From the NCBI GenBank assembly GCA_937928525.1, contig CALFWJ010000160.1:1-46497 (forward strand): DNA of 46,497 nucleotides. The letters are read 5' to 3'. The notes beneath the pieces were generated by a model. The model worked only from the letters and a program-made list of their open reading frames with translations. It was not told where the DNA came from and did not search any database. The stretch is from an uncultured Alphaproteobacteria bacterium (GTDB taxonomy: Bacteria; Pseudomonadota; Alphaproteobacteria; UBA2136; UBA6156). The position numbers and the translations under genes were made by a program. This document shows, piece by piece, positions 23,849 through 33,358 of this stretch; the stretch's first letter is position 1, and each line of letters opens with the position of its first letter.

Positions 23849-24438
23849 TGGCCGACCCTTTAACAGTGCTATTTAAAACCAACCCAGATAGGCGCGTGCA
23901 AATAGGCGCGGTGCTGCTTGATGCAGCCATAGAAGAGCGGCACGAACACACCAGCCAAGTTACACAGCATCCCATTGAGGCCGGCGGGTTTGTAAGCGAC
24001 CATGTGTATGAAGACCCCAGGCACGTTAGCGTTACAGGCGAGATAACCGAGTCGCCGGTTGTTTTTTTTAGCGCATTTAACGGCCTTAGCGACAGGCGAG
24101 TCGAGGCTTTTGACCAGCTGCACGATTTATACAAAACGCGGGATGTGGTAACGCTGGTTACCGGCCTAAAAGTTTATGAGGATATGGTGCTAAAAAGCTT
24201 TACTGTGCCGCGCAACCAACGCACAGGCCGCCGTTTGCAGTTTACCGCTGAGTTTGAGGAGGTGCGCAAAGCAGCCAGCCAGGTTGTCGGTATTGCCGAG
24301 GAAACGGCTGCGCCAGAGGCCGCCGACAAAGTAGGAGAAACAAAAGATATTGGCCGGCAGGAAACAACGGACGCTAGCGCGGCTGAGCAAGATAGGGTAA
24401 ACACAAGCAGTAGCTTGCTTACAAAGGTTTTACAATGA
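23848..24438 (+). CDS. Tail/baseplate protein (Dit-like N-terminus)
   Basis: AVLLDAAIEERHEHTSQVTQHPIEAGGFVSDHVYEDPRHVSVTGEI resembles distal-tail-like proteins of myophages. TAATG coupling. Confidence 0.5.
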   Translation: MADPLTVLFKTNPDRRVQIGAVLLDAAIEERHEHTSQVTQHPIEAGGFVSDHVYEDPRHVSVTGEITESPVVFFSAFNGLSDRRVEAFDQLHDLYKTRDVVTLVTGLKVYEDMVLKSFTVPRNQRTGRRLQFTAEFEEVRKAASQVVGIAEETAAPEAADKVGETKDIGRQETTDASAAEQDRVNTSSSLLTKVLQ

Positions 24439-24755
24439 CAGCGCAAATTATACCCTGGCAAAGCTTTGCAGATTTTACACAAACCATACGGCTTAGCGGT
24501 GTGGTTTATAGCATGCGCGCGCGGTGGAACACTGTACGCGAATTTTGGACGCTTGATTTATACGACAACAACGGCACAGCATTGCTGCTTGGGCAAAAGC
24601 TTGTTTTCAACACAGATATTTTAGCGCGCTATGAAGACACACGACTGCCGCCTGGGCAAATTTTTTGCATTGACACGGGCAACGCCGCGCAACAATTAAG
24701 CACTATTGGCCGCAACGATATAGGCACTAATGCGCTGCTAGTTTATGAGGTGTAG
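24435..24755 (+). CDS. Hypothetical tail/baseplate protein
   Basis: ATGA-coupled 106-aa ORF in the baseplate module. Confidence 0.55.
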   Translation: MTAQIIPWQSFADFTQTIRLSGVVYSMRARWNTVREFWTLDLYDNNGTALLLGQKLVFNTDILARYEDTRLPPGQIFCIDTGNAAQQLSTIGRNDIGTNALLVYEV

Positions 24756-24757
24756 TT

Positions 24758-25594
24758 ATGACCTTTTACAACCGCAGTGTTGCCGCCGACATTGAGCTTA
24801 AAAACGGTGATGTACTACGCATTACCGGCCTGCGTGTAAAATTTCAAATTGAAAAAACGCGCGACAGCACGACCAATAAAGCCGAAATTGAAATAACAAA
24901 CCTTACGCAGCAAACGCGAAGCCGAATCCGTGAAAAAGATGCACTTATACGCTTGTTTGCTGGTTACGAGGGCGACCTTGGCGCGGTGCTGCTTTTTGTT
25001 GGTAACGCGCAACGCATTGTTAACGATTGGGAAACGCCGGATATTGTAACGAAAATTGAGGCACAAGATGGCATGCGCACTGTGCGCCAAACGCGCACCA
25101 GCTTTAGCTATGGCAACCGCACCAGTGTAAACACTATTGTAAACCGCCTTGCCAATGAGCTGGGCGTGCCGCTGCGCCAGGATTTCAATATACCGGGCTT
25201 TTATGACGGTTATTCATACAACGGCCGGGCAAAGGACGCGCTGGACGAAATAACGCGCCAGGCCGGCTATGATTGGAGCATACAAGACAATGAGCTGCTT
25301 ATTATACCGCAAAACGGCAGCACTGAGCGCATAGGCGTAAAGCTTACGCGCGATAGTGGTTTAGTTAATTTGCCGGAGCGGCTGGCCGACCAAGAAGGAG
25401 AGTTTGAGGAGGCACTAGATACAGAGCTAGAATGGCGCATAACAAGCCTGCTTAACCCACGCTTAACGCCTGGCGGCCTTGTAGAAATAGACTCGCAGCA
25501 AGTGGCTGGCGTTTTTAGCGTAGAAAAAGTACGCCATTATGGCGACAGCCGAGGCCAAGACTGGTATAGTGAGATTGAGGTAAAGCCGCGATGA
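24758..25594 (+). CDS. Baseplate hub-like protein
   Basis: 278 aa with a GAGGTG RBS, positioned before the spike gene. Its N-terminus resembles gpD/gp27/XkdQ-type hubs. Confidence 0.5.
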   Translation: MTFYNRSVAADIELKNGDVLRITGLRVKFQIEKTRDSTTNKAEIEITNLTQQTRSRIREKDALIRLFAGYEGDLGAVLLFVGNAQRIVNDWETPDIVTKIEAQDGMRTVRQTRTSFSYGNRTSVNTIVNRLANELGVPLRQDFNIPGFYDGYSYNGRAKDALDEITRQAGYDWSIQDNELLIIPQNGSTERIGVKLTRDSGLVNLPERLADQEGEFEEALDTELEWRITSLLNPRLTPGGLVEIDSQQVAGVFSVEKVRHYGDSRGQDWYSEIEVKPR

Positions 25595-26259
25595 GCAAAA
25601 AAGATAATTTAACCAACGTGCTAGAGCAGGCCATACGCAACCGTATGGCTGAGCTGCAAACGTGCGCGCCAGGGGAAATTATAAGTTACGATTACAAAAC
25701 GCAAAAAGCGAGCGTGCAGCCCACTATTAACCGCCGCTACAAAGATGGAGAGGTAAGCCCATACCCGGTTATAAACAATGTGCCTGTTATATTCCCCCGC
25801 AGCGGCGGCGCAAGCATGACTTTCCCTGTAAAACGTGGCGACACAGTTATGCTTTGCTTTGCCGCGCGCAGCCTTGATGAGTGGCTTAAGCGTGGTGGCA
25901 AGGTAGACCAAAGCGACACGCGCATGCACAGCTTAAATGATGCAATAGCAGTGCCAGGCTTGTTGCCGTTTGCAACGGGCAGTATGGCCAAAAATAACGA
26001 TGATGTGCTGCTTACATATGCCGGCAATGAGGTTACGCTTAAGAAAAACGGCCGCATGGATTTGAAAAGCGCATATGTAACTATTGATTCGCCAGAGGTT
26101 TACATGACAGGCGACTTGGTGGTGCGTGAGGATATTTTTGACCGCGACAGAGAGTTTGGAAGCAACAACGACCAGCGCGACAAATACAACAACCACCGCC
26201 ACGATGAGAACAACGACACTACCACCGACCCACCACAGAACCAATATTTGTGGGATTAG
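25591..26259 (+). CDS. Central spike / baseplate protein with Gp138-N-like domain
   Basis: CAPGEIISYDYKTQKASVQPTINRRYKDGEVSPYPVINNVPVIFPRSGGASMTFPVKRGDTVMLCF matches the Gp138 N-terminal (gpV/gp5 OB-fold) pattern. Confidence 0.7.
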   Translation: MSKKDNLTNVLEQAIRNRMAELQTCAPGEIISYDYKTQKASVQPTINRRYKDGEVSPYPVINNVPVIFPRSGGASMTFPVKRGDTVMLCFAARSLDEWLKRGGKVDQSDTRMHSLNDAIAVPGLLPFATGSMAKNNDDVLLTYAGNEVTLKKNGRMDLKSAYVTIDSPEVYMTGDLVVREDIFDRDREFGSNNDQRDKYNNHRHDENNDTTTDPPQNQYLWD

Positions 26260-26271
26260 GAGCATAGCAGC

Positions 26272-26625
26272 ATGGACTTAACGCTTAACACACAGACGCA
26301 CGATTTAGAGGTTAACAGTTATGATTTAAGCCTCAACACTGGCCTGCCGCTCATGCAGCAACGCTTGCGCCAAAGCCTTTGGTTTTTCCTTGGTGAGTGG
26401 TATTTGGATGTAACAGATGGCGTGCCTTATTACCAAGATGTGCTTATAAAAGCACCAGTACAGCTTACCCTTGAATCTACCTTTAAGCAGGCAATACTAG
26501 AAACACCGGGCGTTTTGAATTTAGAAAAATTTGAATTAGAATACACTAATGCAACGCGCGAGCTTGCACTGGATTTTGAGGCGCAAACATTTTACGGCAA
26601 CACAGCAATAAGCGAGGTTATTTAA
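26272..26625 (+). CDS. Baseplate wedge protein (gp25/W-like position)
   Basis: 117 aa with an AGGAG RBS, directly upstream of the Baseplate_J gene. Confidence 0.5.
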   Translation: MDLTLNTQTHDLEVNSYDLSLNTGLPLMQQRLRQSLWFFLGEWYLDVTDGVPYYQDVLIKAPVQLTLESTFKQAILETPGVLNLEKFELEYTNATRELALDFEAQTFYGNTAISEVI

Positions 26626-26626
26626 T

Positions 26627-28042
26627 ATGGCAGGTTTGACAGCACAGGGTTTTGAACGCAAAAGGCTACCTGAAATAAAAACAGAAATTGAGGACGCACT
26701 TAAAACGCAGTTTGGCGCAGATATTGATTTGCGCAGCGAGTCAGTTTTTGGGCAAATTGTTGGCGTTTTAAGCCTGCCAATAAGTGAGCTTTGGGAAGAG
26801 GCAGAAAACGTATATTTAAGTTTTGACCCAGATTATGCAGAGGGCGTAAGCCTTGATAGCTTGGCAGCACTTACAGGCGTTACACGCATTGCCGCCACGG
26901 CCACCACTGTGCAGGCAGCTTTGTTTGGCACAGTTGGCACGGTTGTGCCGGCAGCCTCAGAGGCGCGCAATAGCGAAACGCAAGACGTTTACGCATTGGA
27001 GTCGGCTGTAAGCATTTTGGCCACCAGCTTGGTGCGAGCACGCATAACAATAAATACTGTGGTTAATAGCACGGCCTACACCATAACAATCAACGGTACA
27101 GATTACACAGTTAACAGCGATGCAGACGCTACAGAGCAAGAAATATTGCTAGATTTTGCTTCTGCACTTAGTGCCGTTGCGCAGTTTGTGGAGGTTAATG
27201 CTGATAATGAAATAGTGCTTGAGTCGGTTGATTTAGATACGCCTTTTGCATTGGTGGCCACGGCCAACATGGACATTGGCAGCACGGCAAGCGCAGGTAA
27301 CTTTGTGGCCAAAGAAAAAGGCGCGCGCTTTGTGCCGGCAAACACGCTTAACGAAATACAAACCGCTGTAGCCGGCTGGGAATCAATTACAAACCCGGTT
27401 GATGGTGTAAGCGGCCGCAATGTAGAGACAGATGCAGAGCTGCGCTTGCGCCGCCGGCAATCTGTGAGTTTCCCCGCTATAGCCACTGTGGACTCAATAC
27501 TGGCAAAATTGCTTGAGGTTGAGGATGTGCAGGCCGCTGTAGTTTACGAGAACGACACAGACGCTACAGATGCAAACGGCGTGCCGGCGCACCATGTTTG
27601 GGTTATTGCCCAGGGCGGCGAGGATTCAGACATAGCCCAGATTATATACGAAACCAAAGCAGGTGGTGTAGGCACTTTTGGCGACACTACAGTGCAATAT
27701 GATTCGCAAAGCGGCCAAACCTATAATATTGATTTTGAGCGGCCGACAGAAACGCAGCTTTATGTGGATATGACTATTGAGCCGACAGAGGGCTACGCGG
27801 CAGATGCCGTTGAATCCATTAAAACTGCTATTGCTGAGTGGGTGGCAGCCAATATAACCATTGGTGAATCATTGCTTTACAGCCGGCTTTACACGCCGAT
27901 AAATAGCGTGCCTGGCTTTGAGGTTACGGATTTAAATATTGGCAAAACAAGCAGCCCTAACGGGGAGGCAACGCTGGACGCTGCTATTGATGAGATTATT
28001 TTGAGCGATACAAGCAATATAACAATTACGGTGGCCACATGA
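26627..28042 (+). CDS. Baseplate J-like protein
   Basis: 471 aa. Its N-terminal FERKRLPEIKTEIEDALKTQFGADIDL and domain length are typical of gpJ/gp6-like wedges. Confidence 0.75.
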   Translation: MAGLTAQGFERKRLPEIKTEIEDALKTQFGADIDLRSESVFGQIVGVLSLPISELWEEAENVYLSFDPDYAEGVSLDSLAALTGVTRIAATATTVQAALFGTVGTVVPAASEARNSETQDVYALESAVSILATSLVRARITINTVVNSTAYTITINGTDYTVNSDADATEQEILLDFASALSAVAQFVEVNADNEIVLESVDLDTPFALVATANMDIGSTASAGNFVAKEKGARFVPANTLNEIQTAVAGWESITNPVDGVSGRNVETDAELRLRRRQSVSFPAIATVDSILAKLLEVEDVQAAVVYENDTDATDANGVPAHHVWVIAQGGEDSDIAQIIYETKAGGVGTFGDTTVQYDSQSGQTYNIDFERPTETQLYVDMTIEPTEGYAADAVESIKTAIAEWVAANITIGESLLYSRLYTPINSVPGFEVTDLNIGKTSSPNGEATLDAAIDEIILSDTSNITITVAT

Positions 28043-28731
28043 CAACAGACCGGGTAGCGCAGGCCAAGGGGCTGCTAATACAGCAATACAAAGAATCACC
28101 AAACCTCAATGGCCTTATTGCCGCTTTTACTGAGGAGCTGCAGCAAATTGAGCAGGAAAACGACAACCTGCTTACAAAGCGTAGCTTGGATGCCGCGCAA
28201 GGCGTAAACTTAGACGTTATAGGCAAAATTGTTGTATTGGATAGGCCTTTTACAGACCCAGACGCAGAAGATATTTTTACGTTTGAAAACCCCACAAATA
28301 TTGGCGGGGGTTTTACGGATAAGGCGCAAAGCCAGGTTGGTGGTTATTATATTGGCTTAGACCCAATAGATAACCAACGCTACAGCGATGCCCTTTACAG
28401 GTTTATATTGCGCGCAAAAATTATTTTTAACACCACCAAAGCTACTTTGCAGGACATGCACGAATATGCAGCTTTTGTTTTTGCGGTGGAATCTGTGATT
28501 TTAGAGCGCGTAGGGGCTGTGGACGTTAATATTGCCAGGCCTATAGGCAAGCAAGAGCGGCAAATTATCGAAGCCACTTTCCCGGTAGCTGGCGGCGTGC
28601 GTTTGGGCACTCTTGCCTTTAGTATTGAGGAAGGGGCTTTTGGTTTTAGCGGCGATGATCGCAACGGCGGCTTTGGCGATGAGGTGGATTCTGATGTGGG
28701 CGGCGTGTTTAGCAGCCTGGTTATTGACTAA
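28039..28731 (+). CDS. Baseplate/fibre-attachment protein (DUF2612-type)
   Basis: QYKESPNLNGLIAAFTEELQQIEQENDNLLTKRSLDAAQGVNLDVIGKIV fits DUF2612. Confidence 0.65.
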   Translation: MTTDRVAQAKGLLIQQYKESPNLNGLIAAFTEELQQIEQENDNLLTKRSLDAAQGVNLDVIGKIVVLDRPFTDPDAEDIFTFENPTNIGGGFTDKAQSQVGGYYIGLDPIDNQRYSDALYRFILRAKIIFNTTKATLQDMHEYAAFVFAVESVILERVGAVDVNIARPIGKQERQIIEATFPVAGGVRLGTLAFSIEEGAFGFSGDDRNGGFGDEVDSDVGGVFSSLVID

Positions 28732-28791
28732 AAAAAGCTTTGCTGTCACAATGGCAGGCAAGCGCATAGCACTATTAAAGCGAGGTTTTAC

Positions 28792-29877
28792 GTGGTACAG
28801 GAAGTTGGCAACAGTAAAAAATTAAATACATGGGGTGCTAATGGCACTATTGTTGAGCCGAGCCTGGCCAAAAAGCAAAATGGCTGGGATTTAGGCGAAC
28901 AGCCGCCGCATGAGTATGCGAACTGGGTTTTAAACATACTTGGCCAAAAACTTAACCATATACTGCAAAATGGCGTGCCGGCTTGGGATAACGAAACAGA
29001 GTACGCCGTAGGTAATATGGCCAGCACTGGTGGCGTGATATATGCTGCTTTGCAAACCAATACTGATAGCGAGCCGCCAAACGCTGAATGGCAGCCCATC
29101 GCGCCGTACCCTTTTAAAAACAGCCTGCAGGTTAACGAGGGAGAAGCACAGCTTGTTGGCGATGTTGACGCGCCAGGTAATAATAAAATTTACGGCACAA
29201 ACGCAAGCGGTGAAAAAGGCTGGCAGCCTGCACCAGAGCAAGCCGATGGGTTTAAAACAGGCGATATTAAAATTAAGTATGCCAACGCAGAGGAGGCCGG
29301 CTTTGTAAGGCTAAACGGCCGCAGCATTGGCGGTGCAAACAGTGCGGCTACAGAGCGCGCCAATGCAGATACCGCCGCTCTTTTTGCATACCTTTGGGAT
29401 AACGATTCCAATATAAACGTAAGCGGTGGCCGTGGTGCAAGCGCGGCTGCAGATTTTGCCGCAGATAAGCGTATAACATTGCCGGACGCGCGCGGCCGTG
29501 CACTGGTTGGTTTAGATGGTATGGGCAGCGCAAACGCCGGGCGCATTACTAACGCGGAAAGCGGCATTACAGGCACGCAGCTTGGCGCGGCTGGTGGTGT
29601 TGAGGCTGTGCAGCTTACACCAGAAGAGTTGCCGGCACACGAACATTTAAGCCCATGGACAAACGGCGCAGCTGGTAATGCTGCACCTGATAGCTTTAGA
29701 GGCAACGCCAACGACTTTGGCGGCTCAAGCGTATTCTCTGACGTAACCGGCGCAGACGACAACACAGGCACATACAACAACGAAAGCGTATGTGCCACTA
29801 CTGAGGCCGGCGAGGATGAGGCGCACAATAACGTGCAACCAAGTATAATTATAGGAACGGTGTATATTAAGCTATGA
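28792..29877 (+). CDS. Tail fibre protein 1 with C-terminal phage tail-collar domain
   Basis: GTG 28792 follows GAGG. Its N-terminus is shared with fibre 2. Its C-terminus (ADTAALFAYLWDN...ITLPDARGRALVGLDGMGS...QLTPEELPAHEH) fits the tail-collar domain. Confidence 0.8.
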   Translation: MVQEVGNSKKLNTWGANGTIVEPSLAKKQNGWDLGEQPPHEYANWVLNILGQKLNHILQNGVPAWDNETEYAVGNMASTGGVIYAALQTNTDSEPPNAEWQPIAPYPFKNSLQVNEGEAQLVGDVDAPGNNKIYGTNASGEKGWQPAPEQADGFKTGDIKIKYANAEEAGFVRLNGRSIGGANSAATERANADTAALFAYLWDNDSNINVSGGRGASAAADFAADKRITLPDARGRALVGLDGMGSANAGRITNAESGITGTQLGAAGGVEAVQLTPEELPAHEHLSPWTNGAAGNAAPDSFRGNANDFGGSSVFSDVTGADDNTGTYNNESVCATTEAGEDEAHNNVQPSIIIGTVYIKL

Positions 29878-30842
29878 CACAACAAATTGGCGACAGCGAA
29901 CTTTTAGACACATGGGCAGCAAACGGCGGCGTAAGCGAGCCGGATTCAAGCAAAATTGACGTGGGCTGGCAAAGCGGGGAGCGGCCAAGCTTCCAAGTTA
30001 TGAACTGGCTGCAAAACCTGTACGCTCAAAAACTTAACCATATACTGCAAAATGGTATACCCGCATGGAACAGCACAACGCAGTATGAGGTGGGCAATGT
30101 TGCTATAAATAGCGGTTTGGCGTACCGCTGTATTACACAAAACACCAATAGCGCGCCGCCAAGTGCAAATTGGGCGCAGCTTGTGCCAGATGGGCTTAAA
30201 AACACAGCCACAAACCGCGACCCGCTAGCTACAGACGACAACACACAAGGTTATGAGGTTTTTAGCCGCTGGGTTAATACCAGCACAGGCGAAAGCTGGG
30301 TGTTGCTTAATGCCGCTACTGGCGCAGCTAATTGGGATAATACAACGCTTACCATTGATGATTTAGGCAGCGCAGCCCTGCAGGAATCAAGCGCATTTGC
30401 TACGGCCGCCCAGGGTGCTTTAGCGGATTCTGCTTTACAGCCTGGCAGCGTGCCGGTTGCCACTGAGGCGCAAGCAAAAGCAGCTACGGCCGGTAATTTG
30501 CTAGATGCAGATGTAGCGCGCTTTAGCCCTTTTGCTATAGCGGCGTACCTGCATTACAACCAGGTTACAGACACAGTGCTTGCCAGCAATAACATAAGCA
30601 GCGTTACCGATGTTGCCACGACTGAGTACCGCGCCAATTTTACCAACAACATGGCGACTGCAAACTTTGCGGCCGTGCCTGGTGTGGGGCAGCAAGGCGC
30701 GCAATCCGGCCAGGCCATTGATATACCAAACATTAAGAGCCGCAACACAAGCAGCGTTACCATTAAAGTTAAAGATACCAACGGCAATAGCCAAAACGAC
30801 CTAATAGACAACAACCTTATTGTTGCAGGAGTATTAGCATAA
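29874..30842 (+). CDS. Tail fibre protein 2 (paralogue with a different distal domain)
   Basis: The first ~100 aa align with fibre 1 (QKLNHILQNGIPAW...). A 29-nt identical stretch occurs at 28945-28973 and 30027-30055. The C-terminus is unrelated. Confidence 0.8.
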   Translation: MTQQIGDSELLDTWAANGGVSEPDSSKIDVGWQSGERPSFQVMNWLQNLYAQKLNHILQNGIPAWNSTTQYEVGNVAINSGLAYRCITQNTNSAPPSANWAQLVPDGLKNTATNRDPLATDDNTQGYEVFSRWVNTSTGESWVLLNAATGAANWDNTTLTIDDLGSAALQESSAFATAAQGALADSALQPGSVPVATEAQAKAATAGNLLDADVARFSPFAIAAYLHYNQVTDTVLASNNISSVTDVATTEYRANFTNNMATANFAAVPGVGQQGAQSGQAIDIPNIKSRNTSSVTIKVKDTNGNSQNDLIDNNLIVAGVLA

Positions 30843-31279
30843 TGAGCACACACGCAATTAAATTAAGCACTGGTGGCGTTGCCATTATTACTTTGCTGGA
30901 TAAGGAAACCACAGTTGAGCAGGAAATTGCAAAATGGCCTCAAGACCAACAAGATTTAGTGGTTAGCCACCGCAAAATAAAGCGCGCAGATATACCAAAA
31001 AGCCGCAAATACCGCGAAGCGTGGACAGATGCTTTGCCTGGTGAAAAAATCGACATTGACGAGGATAAAAAATTTGAAGTAGACACACGCATTGTACTTA
31101 CGCAGAGGCAGCAAGAATACAAAGATATAGGCGATCAGCTGGATGCCATTATGAAATGGATAGCAAGTATGCCAGCTGGCACAGTGCCAGAAGAGCTTGC
31201 CGGTATGGCTGCGCACTCTATGGATGTAAAACGCCGTTTTAAAAAGCCGGCAAAACCAACAAAAGGAGTTAAAAAATGA
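30842..31279 (+). CDS. Hypothetical protein (possible fibre chaperone by position)
   Basis: TAATG-coupled 145-aa ORF after the fibre genes. Confidence 0.5.
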   Translation: MSTHAIKLSTGGVAIITLLDKETTVEQEIAKWPQDQQDLVVSHRKIKRADIPKSRKYREAWTDALPGEKIDIDEDKKFEVDTRIVLTQRQQEYKDIGDQLDAIMKWIASMPAGTVPEELAGMAAHSMDVKRRFKKPAKPTKGVKK

Positions 31280-31917
31280 CTTATGTGTTTTTATTTATTG
31301 CAGCGTTGCTGTGGTTTGGTTTTTGGAGCGCGCAGGCTGGCCGCAGCATGCGCAGTTTATCCGTAAAGCTTGATAGCTGGCAGGATAAAAAGCCATGGTA
31401 CAGCGAAGTGCCGGAAGGGATTCTTGCCCTTACGTTTGGCACTACAGCACTGTGGGGCTGGGATAAAGTTTTTGACATGCCTGCGCTTTGGCTGCTTGTA
31501 CTTTGGCCAATTTTTTGCCTTGTGTCATACGCCGGCAAGCAATCTGCCACCTGGGCTTATTTGCGTTGGGAGGGGCATATAAAGGATGTAAACGGCGATG
31601 GGGTGCACAATGAGCTGGACGGCCGGGATAGCACAACGCGGCCTATAAATGATTGGATTGCAGCGCGCTTGGGTTACAAGCTTGGCGATGAGGGGTACAG
31701 TTGGGTGTGGGCTTTTACAAAAGGCTTTATGACGACTGCGCCGCTTGGTGGGCTTTTGGGTGCTATAGCGCAGCCTATTGGCCGGGAAATAGCCAGCCAT
31801 GCAAAAGGCAGGCTACCCTTTGACAGCAATTTTTGGATGGAGTCCTTTGGTGATGGCTTTGGCTATGCCGTTGCCTGGGTGGGCTTTGTTGCAGCTGTGG
31901 TAACTTTTGCGGTTTAG
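31276..31917 (+). CDS. Multi-pass membrane protein
   Basis: 213 aa with several hydrophobic helices. ATGA-coupled, upstream of the lysis genes. Confidence 0.6.
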   Translation: MTYVFLFIAALLWFGFWSAQAGRSMRSLSVKLDSWQDKKPWYSEVPEGILALTFGTTALWGWDKVFDMPALWLLVLWPIFCLVSYAGKQSATWAYLRWEGHIKDVNGDGVHNELDGRDSTTRPINDWIAARLGYKLGDEGYSWVWAFTKGFMTTAPLGGLLGAIAQPIGREIASHAKGRLPFDSNFWMESFGDGFGYAVAWVGFVAAVVTFAV

Positions 31918-31928
31918 AGGGCGAATAT

Positions 31929-32333
31929 ATGAATGAAGAAAACTATAAATGCACGCTATGTTTGTACGTTGTAATTTTGAGCATAGCGGCCATTGCCAGT
32001 ACGTACTGGTTACCTCTTTACGATAGAGAGCTTGTGAGAGAATATACGGGCACAATAACGGCGGCAGGCAGCACAGCTGGCGGCCTTTTGTGTGCGTATT
32101 TTGTCTACATAATGAGTCGCGGCAAGTCTGCGCTTAACCGCCGGCTGCAAGAGGTTTATTTCCTCATGCTTGTTATTTTCACCTGCACAGCCGCTTTTGG
32201 TGTTTTGGGCACGATGCACCCAGCCCCGGAGGATTGGGATATTGTTTATAATATACGCGCGGTGGCTATTGTTTTAGAGGTTGTGGCTTTGTTCAGGTTC
32301 TTTTTAATCTGGTGGAAAGTAGGACACAAATAA
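31929..32333 (+). CDS. Membrane protein with about 4 TM helices (holin candidate)
   Basis: 134 aa, GAGGG RBS, hydrophobic segments throughout. Its position is two genes upstream of the endolysin. Confidence 0.55.
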   Translation: MNEENYKCTLCLYVVILSIAAIASTYWLPLYDRELVREYTGTITAAGSTAGGLLCAYFVYIMSRGKSALNRRLQEVYFLMLVIFTCTAAFGVLGTMHPAPEDWDIVYNIRAVAIVLEVVALFRFFLIWWKVGHK

Positions 32334-32680
32334 TGTTTGTAAAAAGCGCATATGCGCAAGCTACACTAAACGCGACTCAGGTAGCCACCGATGGCGCGGC
32401 CGTTTTTTTTGAAAAGGGTATTTTAGGGGCTATGGTTGTGGCTCTTATGGCTTTTGTTGTTTACATGCACCGCAGCCACAAAGAAGAACGCCGAGAGGCT
32501 AGGGCAGATCGGGATAAGCGAGACGAGCAGCAAAGGCAGCATGATGAAAAAAGAGATAGCGAGTTTATGCGAGCGAGCGACAAACAGGCTGCTTCAAGCG
32601 AAAAACTGGCAGACGCTATTGCCGGGCTATCGCGCGATATTTACAAGAACAACAATAATATGCCTGGTGGTGGCTCTTAG
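32333..32680 (+). CDS. Single-pass membrane protein with highly charged C-terminal tail (holin/antiholin-like)
   Basis: Lies in ORF 32312..32680. ATG 32333 overlaps the upstream TAA. The TM segment GILGAMVVALMAFVVYM is followed by HRSHKEERREARADRDKRDE. Confidence 0.55.
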   Translation: MFVKSAYAQATLNATQVATDGAAVFFEKGILGAMVVALMAFVVYMHRSHKEERREARADRDKRDEQQRQHDEKRDSEFMRASDKQAASSEKLADAIAGLSRDIYKNNNNMPGGGS

Positions 32681-32811
32681 TGCGTGTGCTATTGCGCCTT
32701 ATTGCCGCCCTAGGGTTACGTGCGAAGCCGGCAGAGGTAAAAACAAGCCAGATTGCTGGTTTACAGCCGACTGTGGGTTTACAGCAACACCAAAAGAAGA
32801 GGAGCAAAACA

Positions 32812-33357
32812 ATGCAGCTAGAACCAGGCTTTAATTGGCTTTATAACGAAACATCGCCCCGCATATTGGTGGCTGCCTTGGCCGAGTATGGCACAAAGGA
32901 AGTGCCCGGAGCTGGTAACAACCCAAAAATATTAGCTTGGGCGCAAGAGGTTGGCAGCCAGGTTGGTATTGATTACAGCCAGGATTCTATACCGTGGTGC
33001 GGTTTGTTTATTGGTGTTGCTGCAAAGCGCGCCGGCTACACACCACCAGCAATTTGCGTGCGCGCAAGTGAGTGGGCAAAGTTTGGTAACCCCGCGCAGC
33101 GCAGCATGCTTGGTGATATTGTGGTGCTTAAGCGCGATGGTGGCGGCCATGTAGGCCTTTATGTTGGCGAGTCGCTTGATGGCAAATATGTTTACCTGCT
33201 TGGCGGCAATCAAGCTGACGCGGTTAATATACGCAAATTTCCTACTTTTCGCATAACAGATGTGCGCCGTTGCCCGTGGCGCGTTGGCCAGCCGCCAAAC
33301 GTGCGGCCTATCAATCTTGCAGATAATGGTGTACCATTGAGCCATACGGAGGCTTAA
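32812..33357 (+). CDS. Endolysin, NlpC/P60-like cysteine peptidase (TIGR02594-type)
   Basis: GNNPKILAWAQEVG...SIPWCGLFIG...GGGHVGLYVG...LLGGNQADAVNI carries the Cys/His motifs. ATG 32812 follows GAGGAG. An alternative GTG 32680 is coupled to the upstream stop. Confidence 0.8.
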   Translation: MQLEPGFNWLYNETSPRILVAALAEYGTKEVPGAGNNPKILAWAQEVGSQVGIDYSQDSIPWCGLFIGVAAKRAGYTPPAICVRASEWAKFGNPAQRSMLGDIVVLKRDGGGHVGLYVGESLDGKYVYLLGGNQADAVNIRKFPTFRITDVRRCPWRVGQPPNVRPINLADNGVPLSHTEA

Positions 33358-33358
33358 A

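Noticed and set aside
25328-25350. Fifth copy of the GGCGT-N-ACGCC palindrome (ATAGGCGTAAAGCTTACGCG)
   Set aside because: It lies inside the baseplate hub coding region, its arms differ (GCGTAA/TTACGC), and it has no adjacent -35/-10-like hexamers. It is probably coincidental.
29190-29885. 231-aa minus-strand ORF inside tail fibre 1; similar antisense ORFs at 13092-13847, 15846-16403 and 22429-22935
   Set aside because: All lie opposite well-supported structural genes and translate to low-complexity Ser/Ala/Leu/Cys-rich sequence. None has an RBS or operon context.
32680-32811. GTG-initiated N-terminal extension of the endolysin as a SAR/signal-anchor domain
   Set aside because: RVLLRLIAALGLRAKPAEV is short and interrupted by arginines. 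It lacks the ~20-residue Gly/Ala-rich weakly hydrophobic helix typical of SAR endolysins. ATG 32812 has a much better RBS. It is kept only as an alternative start.
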